Shown: positions 1-16,351, numbered from the stretch's first letter. The stretch: 64,000 nucleotides of DNA from Eledone cirrhosa (GCA_964016885.1 OZ024753.1:26164001-26228000), one strand, 5' to 3'. Numbers and translations: made by a program. Notes: generated from the sequence alone by a model not told the origin.

Positions 1-62
1 TGAAATATATATAACGAAATAAGTATGGTTTTATAAATATAGTTTCCATTTATTTAATATCA
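1..62 (+). ncRNA. 3' half of a type-I hammerhead ribozyme and PLE 3' tail, cut by the window edge
   Basis: GAAA-TATATATA-ACGAAATA followed by the same tail as the complete motif at 15582-15690. Confidence 0.6.
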
Positions 63-146
63 TAAATACTCCAAATACTTGTTGCGTGCTTTTATATCAG
101 TTATAAATATTACTCGTTGTGAACCCAACAATTTAAATATAACTTT

Positions 147-3130
<2,984 letters not shown>

Positions 3131-3398
3131 ATAGCGGCGATGAATTAGTTTTGCGAGGTTTTTTATATGAAATCGTGTGTCGAAACAGATATTGTTATAT
3201 TTGGGGAGGGTCATATTTGCGTAATATTGCCAGAATTAATAACAGAACACACTCACTGTTTGGTTGGTTTCGCCTCTCGCTGTCTTTTATATATATATAT
3301 CTGCGATCTAACTTACTCGGTCCTCAATGTTGCCATTGACTGACCGGCGGTCAAAAATAATACAGATACAATATAGACAAACACATATATATATAGTT

Positions 3399-3441
3399 TA
3401 CATAAATCTTTCGTTGCACATCTGCAACATCGTCAGTGGTG
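3399..3441 (-). ncRNA. Hammerhead-like motif (Naiad family 1, inverted arm)
   Basis: Reverse complement of 9603-9645. Confidence 0.55.
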
Positions 3442-3712
3442 TTATATTCATTGTTCCTCCTGTTGTGTTGTATGTCTACGCCATTTTTTTGTTCAGTCTG
3501 TCTATATATTTATTTATTTATTTGCTTGTTTGTTTATCTTATTTTATTTTGTCTTCTTTGCGCATGCGTTTGCGTGTGTGTATAGTGTTATGTGTGATGT
3601 GTGATGTGTGACTAGTGTGTATAGTGTTGTCTGCTGGGTGACTAGTGTGTGTTTATGTGCTTGTGTATGTATTTATTTATCTTATTTTATTTAATTTAAT
3701 TTACTTATTTAT

Positions 3713-6189
3713 TTATACTTCTCTTAGGTCAGTGTTGTTTGTTTGGGTGTTGTTGTTGTTCCACTCATTCTTTCTGTTTAGCTTTGGTCTTCTAATTTCT
3801 ATTTCACTGGCCTCTCTGATTTGCCTATCTGCTGGGTCATTCCTATGTTTAGATATTATTCTAATTTCTATGTTGTCTATGTTACCGTCATGATGTTGTC
3901 TAGCATGTTCGTATAGTACTGACCCGTTTTTTCGTCCTTTTAGTTCCCCCCAGTGTTGGTCTATCCTTTCACCTATGCTACGAGCTGTCTCACCTATGTA
4001 TGTTGTTGTCGTGTTTCTGCAAGTACCCTCTGTACATCTTATGCTATAGACTACGTTCTAGTTTTACAGTTTATCCGGGGGTTCACCTTACATATGATAC
4101 ATTTCCTATTGGTACAGTGGGTTTTCTTAAAAGGGTAGGTTTTGCTGATCAGGGATTTTATGGTGGTTCCTGGCTTTTCTACCACCTTTATTTTTAAGTG
4201 GGTCTTTCTCAGGGCCTTTCTACACTGGTTAGCTAATTTCCCTCCAGGGGTGGCGTCCACAAACATGACACTCTGATATCTCTGGTTGTCGTACCATGAT
4301 GTGGCCTTCCCTATCTTATGTCTAGCCCTATCTAAGCTATTCATGATTTGCTCCTGTATAGTGGGCAAATTCCTTTCATGTCCAGTTCTATGAGGGTCTT
4401 ATACTTTTCCATGGCTCCTTCGTATACTCTGACTCTGTCTCTTTGGTTGTAGCCAGAGAACTGGAACTGCATGCGGTTGATGAAGTGTTGGATGTGTCCT
4501 TCCATTTCTGTTGGGTCGCACATGCTGGACACATTCTTCATCACTCGTACCAAATCTGCGATCAGAATATTAAACTTAGCACTACTGGACATTGCTGAGT
4601 TTTTGAGTATCAGGTATTTGGAGGCCATGGGTTTAGCATAGTGTGAGTGGAGAATTTGGGCTCTCTCGTCTATAGTGTTAATCCAGAGTTCTGTGTCTAA
4701 TACAGGTAGTCTATTGTTAGGGTGTTTGGAAGGGAAGTCTATAGTTACAGTTATACTCTGGTGTATGGAATTAGCTATCTGCTGGATGCTTTCCATCGTG
4801 CTACGTTCTAAATCAAACTTGTTAGTGCTCTCTAGTGGGGGTGTTCTTATAACTATATTGATATCGTCTACATAACGAGAGTACATGATGAGGTCTATGG
4901 AGCTTTCATTAAGGAGATCTTTAAGTCTCCTTTCCCACCATACCATGAAAAGGTTGGCAACATCGCCAGCTATGCTGACGCCGATGGCTGCTCCCTCATT
5001 TTGGGTGTAGATTTTCTCATTGAACTTAAATATGTGGCCCTTTAGGGTAGTTTTGATACTAGCCCCTATTGCATGTGCGACCATTTTTCTTACCTGATCA
5101 GTGTTTTGGGGGGTCCGTATAGCTTTGGTCCACCCAATCCACCTTCCTATGGGAGTCTTTTTAGCCATTGAGGTTATGGTGGGGGGTCTACCTCTTATAG
5201 GTCTACTAGGGCAGAAACATCTAAGGTCATGGCTGTCTAGGTAGTCAGTGTCGTAGGTAAGTCTAAGTAGGAGGCCCAGTTCGTCTGTGTCGACGTCGCA
5301 GAACTCCACCTCACTCTCAATGATCACCTCCACACATCTTTTCACAGCAAAATCAATGTTAATGGATGGGTACAGTGACACCACATCCATGCTGCCTATT
5401 ATGCAGTTGGATAGGCTCCTGTTTTTGTTGCACTCACTGATTCTGCTGAGGAGGTCCTCTGTACTTTCACATACATCTGGGGACATCTTGATTATGGGGC
5501 GTATAACCATTGAGAGGAAGTAGGAGATCCTGTAGTTGCTAGCTATATTAGCTCCGCATACAGGTCTTGTTGGTGGTCCTATTGTCGGGTCGTCGACTGC
5601 CTTGTGGTCTTTGCGGAGCCCATACAAGGGTGGTATGCCATTGTTAGACGCCTGGAAGTTGTTGGCAGTGCGTCTGCTTGGCTTTAGGATGTCAGTCCAC
5701 ATCATCATGTGAGCGTTGAGGATTTTTTCTCTCCCATCGTGTGTTAGTTGTGCAACTTCGCTCGTGTTGGTGATGTGGGGTTGCATTGCCTCGATGTAGT
5801 TCGGCATGCTATCTATTGACATCCTACCAGACTTATCTGTGGGTAGACACACTACCTCACCATCCCTTGTGCGCTGCTTGAGGCTAACCAAGCCTTCTAC
5901 AGGTTTTATCCCAAGTTGTTGGGCCTCTGGTCTGCTCTGTCTCATAGTGTACCTGTCTACTACTTGTCTAATCTTATTTCTAGCTATGGTGAACTGTGCC
6001 TCCGTCTCGTCATCTATTTGTTGTGGTATGCAAACTCTTTTATTAAAGGGTAACCTCGTAGGATAGATATTACCCATCTTATATGTTTTGTCAGCTGGGT
6101 TGAAAAATAGTTTCTCTAAGGGGTTGTCGTTATTTCTATCGTCATAGTTGTGTGTGTTGCTATTATTGTTATCATGGTGGTTGTTGTTG
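3713..6189 (-). pseudogene. PLE RT + GIY-YIG ORF, truncated and frameshifted
   Basis: ORF pieces 4341..6077 and 4051..4368 match the + ORF; 1-nt deletions near 4341 and 4035; 6-nt duplication near 4460 (QFQF). Confidence 0.88.
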
Positions 6190-9100
6190 AATCGGAAAAT
6201 CGAATATTCTCAAAAATACCCAGATAACATCGACAACATCCGTATGAGTGATGTAAAACTACCGGAAGAATTTACCAATGACCACACAGTAAATATCTAT
6301 GGGAACACTTTAATCAGTGAACAAGAACAACAAATCCTAAAGTTACCACCAAAATTTGCCATCTACAAAAAGATTAATCCTATGGAATGCAAAACGGAGC
6401 TGGAAAAGTGTTTCACAAAAATACGTTGGAATGCAAAGGTAAACAACAACAACAATAATAACGGTAGTAGTAATATAAACAATAACTCTGGGTATAGAAA
6501 TAACAGCCATAACCATAACAATGGCAGGAAAGTGAGAAATAGTGATAATGGTAATAATACTAGCGATAGACAGAACAACAACAACCACAATAATAATAAT
6601 AATAGAAACGTTAACCACAGACACAGCAACAGTGACCACAGTAGTAATAACGGTAACAATACGAACAACAACAACAACAATAACCACAGTGGTAATAATG
6701 GAAATAGTACATGTAGCAACATCAACAAAAACAAGAAACATAATAATAGTAACAACCACAATGGTAGAAATAGCAGTAACAACAACAATAACGGTGAAGT
6801 AAACAACAATACATCTAGCAATCATAACAATAATAATATTAATGCTAAGGATAGAAACAACAACAACCACCATGATAACAATAATAGCAACACACACAAC
6901 TATGACGATAGAAATAACGACAACCCCTTAGAGAAACTATTTTTCAACCCAGCTGACAAAACATATAAGATGGGTAATATCTATCCTACGAGGTTACCCT
7001 TTAATAAAAGAGTTTGCATACCACAACAAATAGATGACGAGACGGAGGCACAGTTCACCATAGCTAGAAATAAGATTAGACAAGTAGTAGACAGGTACAC
7101 TATGAGACAGAGCAGACCAGAGGCCCAACAACTTGGGATAAAACCTGTAGAAGGCTTGGTTAGCCTCAAGCAGCGCACAAGGGATGGTGAGGTAGTGTGT
7201 CTACCCACAGATAAGTCTGGTAGGATGTCAATAGATAGCATGCCGAACTACATCGAGGCAATGCAACCCCACATCACCAACACGAGCGAAGTTGCACAAC
7301 TAACACACGATGGGAGAGAAAAAATCCTCAACGCTCACATGATGATGTGGACTGACATCCTAAAGCCAAGCAGACGCACTGCCAACAACTTCCAGGCGTC
7401 TAACAATGGCATACCACCCTTGTATGGGCTCCGCAAAGACCACAAGACAGTCGACGACCCGACAATAGGACCACCAACAAGACCTGTATGCGGAGCTAAT
7501 ATAGCTAGCAACTACAGGATCTCCTACTTCCTCTCAATGGTTATACGCCCCATAATCAAGATGTCCCCAGATGTATGTGAAAGTACAGAGGACCTCCTCA
7601 GCAGAATCAGTGAGTGCAACAAAAACAGGAGCCTATCCAACTGCATAATAGGCAGCATGGATGTGGTGTCACTGTACCCATCCATTAACATTGATTTTGC
7701 TGTGAAAAGATGTGTGGAGGTGATCATTGAGAGTGAGGTGGAGTTCTGCGACGTCGACACAGACGAACTGGGCCTCCTACTTAGACTTACCTACGACACT
7801 GACTACCTAGACAGCCATGACCTTAGATGTTTCTGCCCTAGTAGACCTATAAGAGGTAGACCCCCCACCATAACCTCAATGGCTAAAAAGACTCCCATAG
7901 GAAGGTGGATTGGGTGGACCAAAGCTATACGGACCCCCCAAAACACTGATCAGGTAAGAAAAATGGTCGCACATGCAATAGGGGCTAGTATCAAAACTAC
8001 CCTAAAGGGCCACATATTTAAGTTCAATGAGAAAATCTACACCCAAAATGAGGGAGCAGCCATCGGCGTCAGCATAGCTGGCGATGTTGCCAACCTTTTC
8101 ATGGTATGGTGGGAAAGGAGACTTAAAGATCTCCTTAATGAAAGCTCCATAGACCTCATCATGTACTCTCGTTATGTAGACGATATCAATATAGTTATAA
8201 GAACACCCCCACTAGAGAGCACTAACAAGTTTGATTTAGAACGTAGCACGATGGAAAGCATCCAGCAGATAGCTAATTCCATACACCAGAGTATAACTGT
8301 AACTATAGACTTCCCTTCCAAACACCCTAACAATAGACTACCTGTATTAGACACAGAACTCTGGATTAACACTATAGACGAGAGAGCCCAAATTCTCCAC
8401 TCACACTATGCTAAACCCATGGCCTCCAAATACCTGATACTCAAAAACTCAGCAATGTCCAGTAGTGCTAAGTTTAATATTCTGATCGCAGATTTGGTAC
8501 GAGTGATGAAGAATGTGTCCAGCATGTGCGACCCAACAGAAATGGAAGGACACATCCAACACTTCATCAACCGCATGCAGTTCTCTGGCTACAACCAAAG
8601 AGACAGAGTCAGAGTATACGAAGGAGCCATGGAAAAGTATAAGACCCTCATAGAACTGGACATGAAAGGAATTTGCCCACTATACAGGAGCAAATCATGG
8701 AATAGCTTAGATAGGGCTAGACATAAGATAGGGAAGGCCACATCATGGTACGACAACCAGAGATATCAGAGTGTCATGTTTGTGGACGCCACCCCTGGAG
8801 GGAAATTAGCTAACCAGTGTAGAAAGGCCCTGAGAAAGACCCACTTAAAAATAAAGGTGGTAGAAAAGCCAGGAACCACCATAAAATCCCTGATCAGCAA
8901 AACCTACCCTTTTAAGAAAACCCACTGTACCAATAGGAAATGTATCATATGTAAGGTGAACCCCCGGATAAACTGTAAAACTAGAAACGTAGTCTATAGC
9001 ATAAGATGTACAGAGGGTACTTGCAGAAACACGACAACAACATACATAGGTGAGACAGCTCGTAGCATAGGTGAAAGGATAGACCAACACTGGGGGGAAC

Positions 9101-9330
9101 TAAAAGGACGAAAAAACGGGTCAGTACTATACGAACATGCTAGACAACATCATGACGGTAACATAGACAACATAGAAATTAGAATAATATCTAAACATAG
9201 GAATGACCCAGCAGATAGGCAAATCAGAGAGGCCAGTGAAATAGAAATTAGAAGACCAAAGCTAAACAGAAAGAATGAGTGGAACAACAACAACACCCAA
9301 ACAAACAACACTGACCTAAGAGAAGTATAA
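6190..9330 (+). CDS. PLE polyprotein (Asn-rich insert, reverse transcriptase, GIY-YIG endonuclease); lacks its native N-terminus
   Basis: Open frame of about 1046 codons; RT motifs TDKSG, LYGLRKDHK, TRPVC, SMDVVSLYPSI, QNEGAAIG, YSRYVDDI; linker FVDATPGG and CxxxxCxxC; nuclease VVYSIRC..YIGETARS..ER..H. Confidence 0.9.
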   Translation, partial: NRKIEYSQKYPDNIDNIRMSDVKLPEEFTNDHTVNIYGNTLISEQEQQILKLPPKFAIYKKINPMECKTELEKCFTKIRWNAKVNNNNNNNGSSNINNNSGYRNNSHNHNNGRKVRNSDNGNNTSDRQNNNNHNNNNNRNVNHRHSNSDHSSNNGNNTNNNNNNNHSGNNGNSTCSNINKNKKHNNSNNHNGRNSSNNNNNGEVNNNTSSNHNNNNINAKDRNNNNHHDNNNSNTHNYDDRNNDNPLEKLFFNPADKTYKMGNIYPTRLPFNKRVCIPQQIDDETEAQFTIARNKIRQVVDRYTMRQSRPEAQQLGIKPVEGLVSLKQRTRDGEVVCLPTDKSGRMSIDSMPNYIEAMQPHITNTSEVAQLTHDGREKILNAHMMMWTDILKPSRRTANNFQASNNGIPPLYGLRKDHKTVDDPTIGPPTRPVCGANIASNYRISYFLSMVIRPIIKMSPDVCESTEDLLSRISECNKNRSLSNCIIGSMDVVSLYPSINIDFAVKRCVEVIIESEVEFCDVDTDELGLLLRLTYDTDYLDSHDLRCFCPSRPIRGRPPTITSMAKKTPIGRWIGWTKAIRTPQNTDQVRKMVAHAIGASIKTTLKGHIFKFNEKIYTQNEGAAIGVSIAGDVANLFMVWWERRLKDLLNESSIDLIMYSRYVDDINIVIRTPPLESTNKFDLERSTMESIQQIANSIHQSITVTIDFPSKHPNNRLPVLDTELWINTIDERAQILHSHYAKPMASKYLILKNSAMSSSAKFNILIADLVRVMKNVSSMCDPTEMEGHIQHFINRMQFSGYNQRDRVRVYEGAMEKYKTLIELDMKGICPLYRSKSWNSLDRARHKIGKATSWYDNQRYQSVMFVDATPGGKLANQCRKALRKTHLKIKVVEKPGTTIKSLISKTYPFKKTHCTNRKCIICKVNPRINCKTRNVVYSIRCTEGTCRNTTTTYIGETARSIGERIDQHWGELKGRKNGSVLYEHARQHHDGNIDNIEIRIISKHRNDPADRQIREASEIEIRRPKLNRKNEWNNNNTQTNNTDLREV

Positions 9331-9602
9331 ATAAATAAGTAAATTAAATTAAATAAAATAAGATAAATAAATACATACACAAGCACATAAACACACACTA
9401 GTCACCCAGCAGACAACACTATACACACTAGTCACACATCACACATCACACATAACACTATACACACACGCAAACGCATGCGCAAAGAAGACAAAATAAA
9501 ATAAGATAAACAAACAAGCAAATAAATAAATAAATATATAGACAGACTGAACAAAAAAAATGGCGTAGACATACAACACAACAGGAGGAACAATGAATAT
9601 AA

Positions 9603-9645
9603 CACCACTGACGATGTTGCAGATGTGCAACGAAAGATTTATGTA
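9603..9645 (+). ncRNA. Hammerhead-like motif with weak stem I (Naiad family 1)
   Basis: CTGACGA-T-GTTGCA(GATG)TGCAAC-GAAA-GATTTA; homologous positions at 30344-30378, 41293-41335 and 51761-51803. Confidence 0.6.
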
Positions 9646-9830
9646 AACTATATATATATGTGTTTGTCTATATTGTATCTGTATTATTTTTGACCGCCGG
9701 TCAGTCAATGGCAACATTGAGGACCGAGTAAGTTAGATCGCAGATATATATATATAAAAGACAGCGAGAGGCGAAAACCAACCAAACAGTGAGTGTGTTC
9801 TGTTATTAATTCTGGCAATATTACGCAAAT

Positions 9831-9914
9831 ATGACCCTCCCCAAATATAACAATATCTGTTTCGACACACGATTTCATATAAAAAACCTCGCAAAACTAA
9901 TTCATCGCCGCTAT
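9831..9914 (+). other. N-terminal 28 codons of the Naiad ORF (partial tandem / pLTR)
   Basis: [27 protein letters not shown] aligns with [27 protein letters not shown] at 51935-52018, with 7 synonymous changes. Confidence 0.75.
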
Positions 9915-10420
<506 letters not shown>

Positions 10421-11367
10421 GTAGATAAATTTACCAAGAGTTTACGGTAGTGTCCAATCCGTATGAAGAACTCAATGTAGTCCGGATATCATGGAAAGAA
10501 GAGATGCAATGAAAAATCACTTTCGGTGAAAGATAAACGGAATACAGAGTCAAGATAAAATATTAAAAAAATAATGAATAAAACAATGAAACAGTTCCTT
10601 ATATTAAACAAAAAAAGTTCATTATTTAACGATCGTTTCTAGGATATATATGTGTTAGAATTGGCATGCATATTCAACAGATCTATGTACAAAATTATAC
10701 AAAATTATACAAACTATCAAGATTAAATATACATACCAAACACACATATATGCCGTCTTCAGAAATAATGAAATATATTTATTGATAATAACAACAATTC
10801 AAAATTTCAGGTCCGTTTGGGAACAGAGTTCAAATTGACCAATGAAAATACAAAAAATTTTATGCAGTTTGGTGTGTGTATATACATGTAATTAACTTCG
10901 TACACATATTTATATAAAGATATATGCTCACATGCATACGCATGCCAAAAAGATGTATGCAAATACAAAAATTCAAGGCTAATGTCTCTGTAAGTTTATA
11001 ATCCACAGATAAAATGCGTATAGACACATAAATATGAAATAAATGTATACACACATTCATATACTCACACATATTCGTACACTCACACACACACGCGCAT
11101 AAACATACACATAATTACGAACATACATACACACACACACCCCCACACACATATATATGTGCATATAGTACTATCATAAGCATATGGACATTAATGCACG
11201 CACATAAACACTGCCACACACATTTAGATCAAGATACAGAAATTAGGTGGGAGGGGGGCAGAGGTCAGTATACAACGGTTTCGGCAGACTGCTTATTTAT
11301 AGATGTATCTATAAACTTAGAAATAAAAAGAAAAGAAAAAGAAAAAAGAAAAAAGAAATATATCAAG

Positions 11368-11409
<42 letters not shown>

Positions 11410-11796
11410 TACACATACAACACACACACACACACATATATAAACATATACATATATATATACACATATATACACACATACATATATATATACACACATA
11501 TATACACATATATACACACACATATATATATATATACACGCACATATACATACACACACATATATATATATACAAACAAGCAAAATATAAAGTATACATC
11601 GATATACATACATATAGACATATAAATAAATACACACGCATACACACATACATATACATACATATACATACACATATATATAAACACATACATATACATA
11701 CACATACCATATAAATACACATACACATACACAGACGCATACATATAGAGACACATACATATACACATATAAATACATAGACACATACATACATAA

Positions 11797-11864
<68 letters not shown>

Positions 11865-11888
11865 TTTATCCACATATACACATACACG

Positions 11889-11934
<46 letters not shown>

Positions 11935-11939
11935 TATAC

Positions 11940-11970
<31 letters not shown>

Positions 11971-12054
11971 CATATACACACGCATATATATATATATATA
12001 TACACTCACAACACTCGTATATATATACACACTCATACATATACACACATATAC

Positions 12055-12115
<61 letters not shown>

Positions 12116-12226
12116 CATATATATACAGTCACATCTACATACATATATATATATATATAAAAATACACTCATATATATATACACATACACATACATACCC
12201 ACATATAAATATATATATATACATAA

Positions 12227-12277
<51 letters not shown>

Positions 12278-12280
12278 TAC

Positions 12281-12329
<49 letters not shown>

Positions 12330-12808
12330 TACACATACATACACATACATACACATATACACACATACATATATAGTCACACACACACACCTACACATAC
12401 ATACGCATACACATATATAAAGATATATATACACACATACACACACACACATATATAATAAATATATATATATATATATATACACATATATATACATATA
12501 CATACATATATACATACATACATACACATACATACATATATATACACACATATATACATACACACATACACACTTACATACATACACACACACATACATA
12601 CACACACATACATACTCATACATAGACATAGATATATATTCACACACACATACGCACTTACATATACGCATATATACAAATACATACGCATCCATATATG
12701 CGTATATACATACAAACACCACTACACTCTCACACAACTCAGACATACAAAGAAAAAGGTATATACATATACACATATACACATATAAATAGAGATACAT
12801 ATACACAC

Positions 12809-12871
<63 letters not shown>

Positions 12872-12995
12872 CACATACATATACATACATACACATATAC
12901 ACACATACATATATAGTCACACACACACACCTACACATACATACACATATATAAAGATATATATACACACATACACACACACACATATATAATAA

Positions 12996-13026
<31 letters not shown>

Positions 13027-13210
13027 TATATACATATACATACATATATACATACATACATACACATACATATATATACACACATATATACATACACACA
13101 TACACACATACATACATACACACACACATACATACACACACATACATACTCAGACATAGATATATATTCACACACACATACGCACTTACATATACGCATA
13201 TATACAAATA
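10421..13210 (-). mobile_element. Probable PLE 3' UTR remnant (TA/CA-rich, internal duplication about 12300-12700 / 12850-13210)
   Basis: Minus-strand HHR about 200 nt from the (TA)n junction; no ORF visible. Confidence 0.45.
10620..10770 (-). ncRNA. Type-I hammerhead ribozyme with a 116-nt stem II
   Basis: Minus strand: CATTATTT-CTGAAGA-[long hairpin]-GAAA-CGATCG-TT-AAATAATG; 8-bp stem I, palindromic stem III. Confidence 0.75.
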
Positions 13211-13214
13211 CAAA

Positions 13215-15690
13215 TATTTTTAGATTAAGGTAATTAAAAAATTGTATAATTTGTTTTCTTTTCTTATTTAGTTCAATAGAAATTGAGAATAACCATAGAA
13301 TAGTCAATTTCCTAGACGTAACATTTAATCTCAACACATGTCTTCACTATCCATTTCACAAGTTAAATGAAAACTTGAATTATGTCAATTTTAGCTCCAA
13401 TCACCCCAGATCTGTCAAAAATACTATAGTAAACTCTGTTCAAAAACGTATCTCTAGAATCTCTTCCAATAAAAATATTTTTGACGAAAAAGCCCAATAT
13501 TATAATGATGCTTTAGCTAGAGCAGGATATAGTGATAAAATTATGTACATCGATAATAGACAAACTAACCAAAATAACAACAATTTTAATTACAGTAACA
13601 ACTTTAACAACTATAATAGAAAGCACTACAATAATTTCAAAAATCAGAAAAGAAATAGAACTAGAAATATAATATGGTTTGCCCCCCCTTTCTCACTAAA
13701 CATTAAAACCCACATCGCTAAACTATTTTTTTAATGCTCTTGACAAACGCTTCCCTAGAACACATAAGTATCACTCAATTTTAAATAGACATACTATAAA
13801 ATTAACGTACTCGTCCACCAAAAATTTAGCACAAAATATTAATAGAATAAATAATAGGAACCTAAAACCTAGCCAAAATACCGAAAATAGCCTAAACAAT
13901 ATTCAACTAAAAAACTGTAACTGTAGAGATAGATCTAAATGTCCGCTAAATAACAATTGCTTAGTTAAAAATATAATATACAACTGTAATGTTAGAACTG
14001 ATTTAAATTCTTTTAATTATGTTGGTTCCACCTCGACAGAATTTAAACTTCGCTATAATAATCACAAAAATTCTTTCACGGATCCAAATAAAAAATCATC
14101 AACATCGCTGTCAGGGCTTCTCTGGCAACTTAAGCATGATAAAGTTGGATATTCGATGGTTTGGAATATAGTCTCAAAAGGGATTCCTTTTAATTCCTCT
14201 TCTGAGACTTGTGACCTCTGCGCGGAGGAGATATTCTTTATATTAAAATCTAAAAATTCCCTTAATTTACGAACCAATTTATTCAGCTGTTGCAGACATA
14301 GATTGAACTCAGCATTTAAATATAAATATAAATTTAAAATGTAGTATAAAATGTAGTATATTTACTTAAGATATTTGACTATTTGTGATACTTGGCGATA
14401 AATCTTTCGATTCCTTTAATTTTTTTTAAAACCTTTCCGCATGAATATATAATTAATGAGATTAAATAAACTACCCTAAAATTGGCGTTGGTCCCAATCT
14501 TTTGAATAAATTTTTAAGCTGGATAAACTTCTATAATAGATATAAGAGCATTTGTAGAAAAAGTTTTGAATGATTTCTGATAAATAAGGCTTGGTGAGCA
14601 ATTTTGGTCCTGTTTGCTTTGACTCTGATTCTATGACCCATATGCGTGGCATATTATGTTCTCTTGCGTCCCTAGATACTCTGTGGAGTGACGAAGATAT
14701 TCTTGGCGTTTTTAATTTTTAATTTTAATATTGATATCTGTTGTCTACTCTATGCTTGATCGATGATTGTTTTAGATGTTAATGTATATCTTATATGTTT
14801 TGTGTCTATATATATGTATATATGTATGTAAATGTATGTAGGGTGGAATCTCTTCTAACGCATTGAAGTTTTTCTTTTCTGACTCATTGAAGTTTTTCAT
14901 GAAATATAAGAATCAGTGCAGCGTATCACCTAGGTTCACATGTGCGTCTTTATTTATCAACTTGAATTTGAGATAACCTTCTCTTTTCTCATTTTTCACG
15001 AGAATGCATATATACTTATGTTTGAAGTTTTGTCTCAGATTTTGCTTATAGACCTAAGAATTTTTAAACTGAGCATGTGGTCATTTTTTTTTTTTACACA
15101 TTATAGATATGTGTCTCATTCATGAATACTGGTATTTACATTATAGTGCCTAATTCATAAAAATTGATAATTCAAATGGATGAGACATAATATATTTTAA
15201 ATATATCATCTTTCTTTCTTTTTCTCATATACACTAATCTAACTGTATCCCTTCCCTTAACCTCTCACATATACGATGATCATCTGTCAAAATGCAGCCT
15301 ACTATGTTTTTTTTTTTTCACCATCAATGTATTTCTCTCTATCCTTGTCTCTCTATCTCGCTCCGTTGTTTTTCTTTACATACATCTCTTTTCTCTTTGC
15401 ATACATCTCTTCATCTTCTTCTTTTTTATTTACATACATCTCTTCACCTTCTTCTTCTCATCTTCGTTTTCTTTCTATATAACTATCATAACAGTTTCAC
15501 TACCAAATCAACTTTTTTTAAAAGGAAGTTGCATTCTCAAAAGGTATGTCACTAATTATTTATAAAACAGCTTATGTATTGTATTTTGTCTGAGGAAGGC
15601 ATAACATATTTTTAATATGATATCCCAGAAATATATATAACGAAATAAATATGGTTTTATAAATATAGTTTCCATTTGTTTAATATCGTA
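13215..15690 (+). mobile_element. 5'-truncated PLE (Nematis-like, IIWxNPP type) with 3' HHR
   Basis: Frameshifted peptides VNFLDVTF, SSNHP, RNIIWFAPPFS, CNCRDRSKCPL, YVGST, CDLCAEE; stop at 14344; ends in (TA)n. Confidence 0.85.
15582..15647 (+). ncRNA. Type-I hammerhead ribozyme
   Basis: TATTTTGT-CTGAGGA-[imperfect hairpin CATATT/AATATG]-GAAA-TATATA-TA-ACGAAATA. Confidence 0.75.
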
Positions 15691-15777
15691 TATATATATA
15701 TATGTTTATCCCTGGTTCAGTCGGGGGTAACCACAGTAAGTTAGGTACTCAATACATAGCAGAGTATAAATATATAT

Positions 15778-15885
15778 AGAAATGGCTTCGACAGGACTCG
15801 AACTGTTTCATTCTGGAGAAATCATCAAGGATTACTGATGATTTCTCCCGAATGAAATAGTTCTAGCCCTGTAGAAGCTATTTCT
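15778..15885. repeat. Fold-back of two HHR remnants truncated at the core
   Basis: Arms 15778-15827 and 15836-15885; each reads (C/T)TGATGA-TTTC..GAAT-GAAA(C/T)AG..CTGT(C/A). Confidence 0.6.
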
Positions 15886-16297
15886 CTCTCTCTCTCTCTA
15901 TCTCTCTCTCTTTCTCTCTCACACACACAGATGAACTGCCCCTGTTATATCCAAACGAGAAACGAAAAAATGTTTTGATTTCATTAAATTTTTCCTCTAA
16001 TATTCAGTATGTCCGTTAGTCTCGAAGAGTTAGTAACTCATTAGTTTGTTTAGTTCTTCTTTTTTCTGGATTTGCCATTCAATTCTTTTCAAATAATCTG
16101 TTTATGAAAGCGAGTGATTTGCTAGAAGCAGCTTATGGTCGAATACAATTGAACAGTACAATTTCATTAATCCTTTAATCTTCTTTGATCTTAAACACAA
16201 ATCTGTAGGCTGTTCAGAATTGTTAAACGTGAAGTTACGGAAAAATATCTGATTAATATATAACATATTGTAGGCTTATATTTTGTGTGAAGAATGG

Positions 16298-16351
<54 letters not shown>

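Larger units (their letters stand above)
3131..6189 (-). mobile_element. Inverted, 5'-truncated arm of the Naiad-like PLE (family 1)
   Basis: Reverse complement of 6858-9914 with only a few substitutions and indels. Confidence 0.95.
6190..9914 (+). mobile_element. Naiad-like Penelope-like retroelement family 1, 5'-truncated
   Basis: RT + C-terminal GIY-YIG ORF, 3' UTR, HHR motif and start of the next ORF copy, ending in (TA)n. Confidence 0.92.

Noticed and set aside
6148-6189. Start of the 1060-aa ORF in the track
   Set aside because: It lies in the inverted arm (antisense Asn tract); a chance in-frame fusion.
6190-9914. Selenoprotein-type Naiad
   Set aside because: No in-frame TGA in the visible ORF and no SECIS recognised; the missing 5' part cannot be judged.
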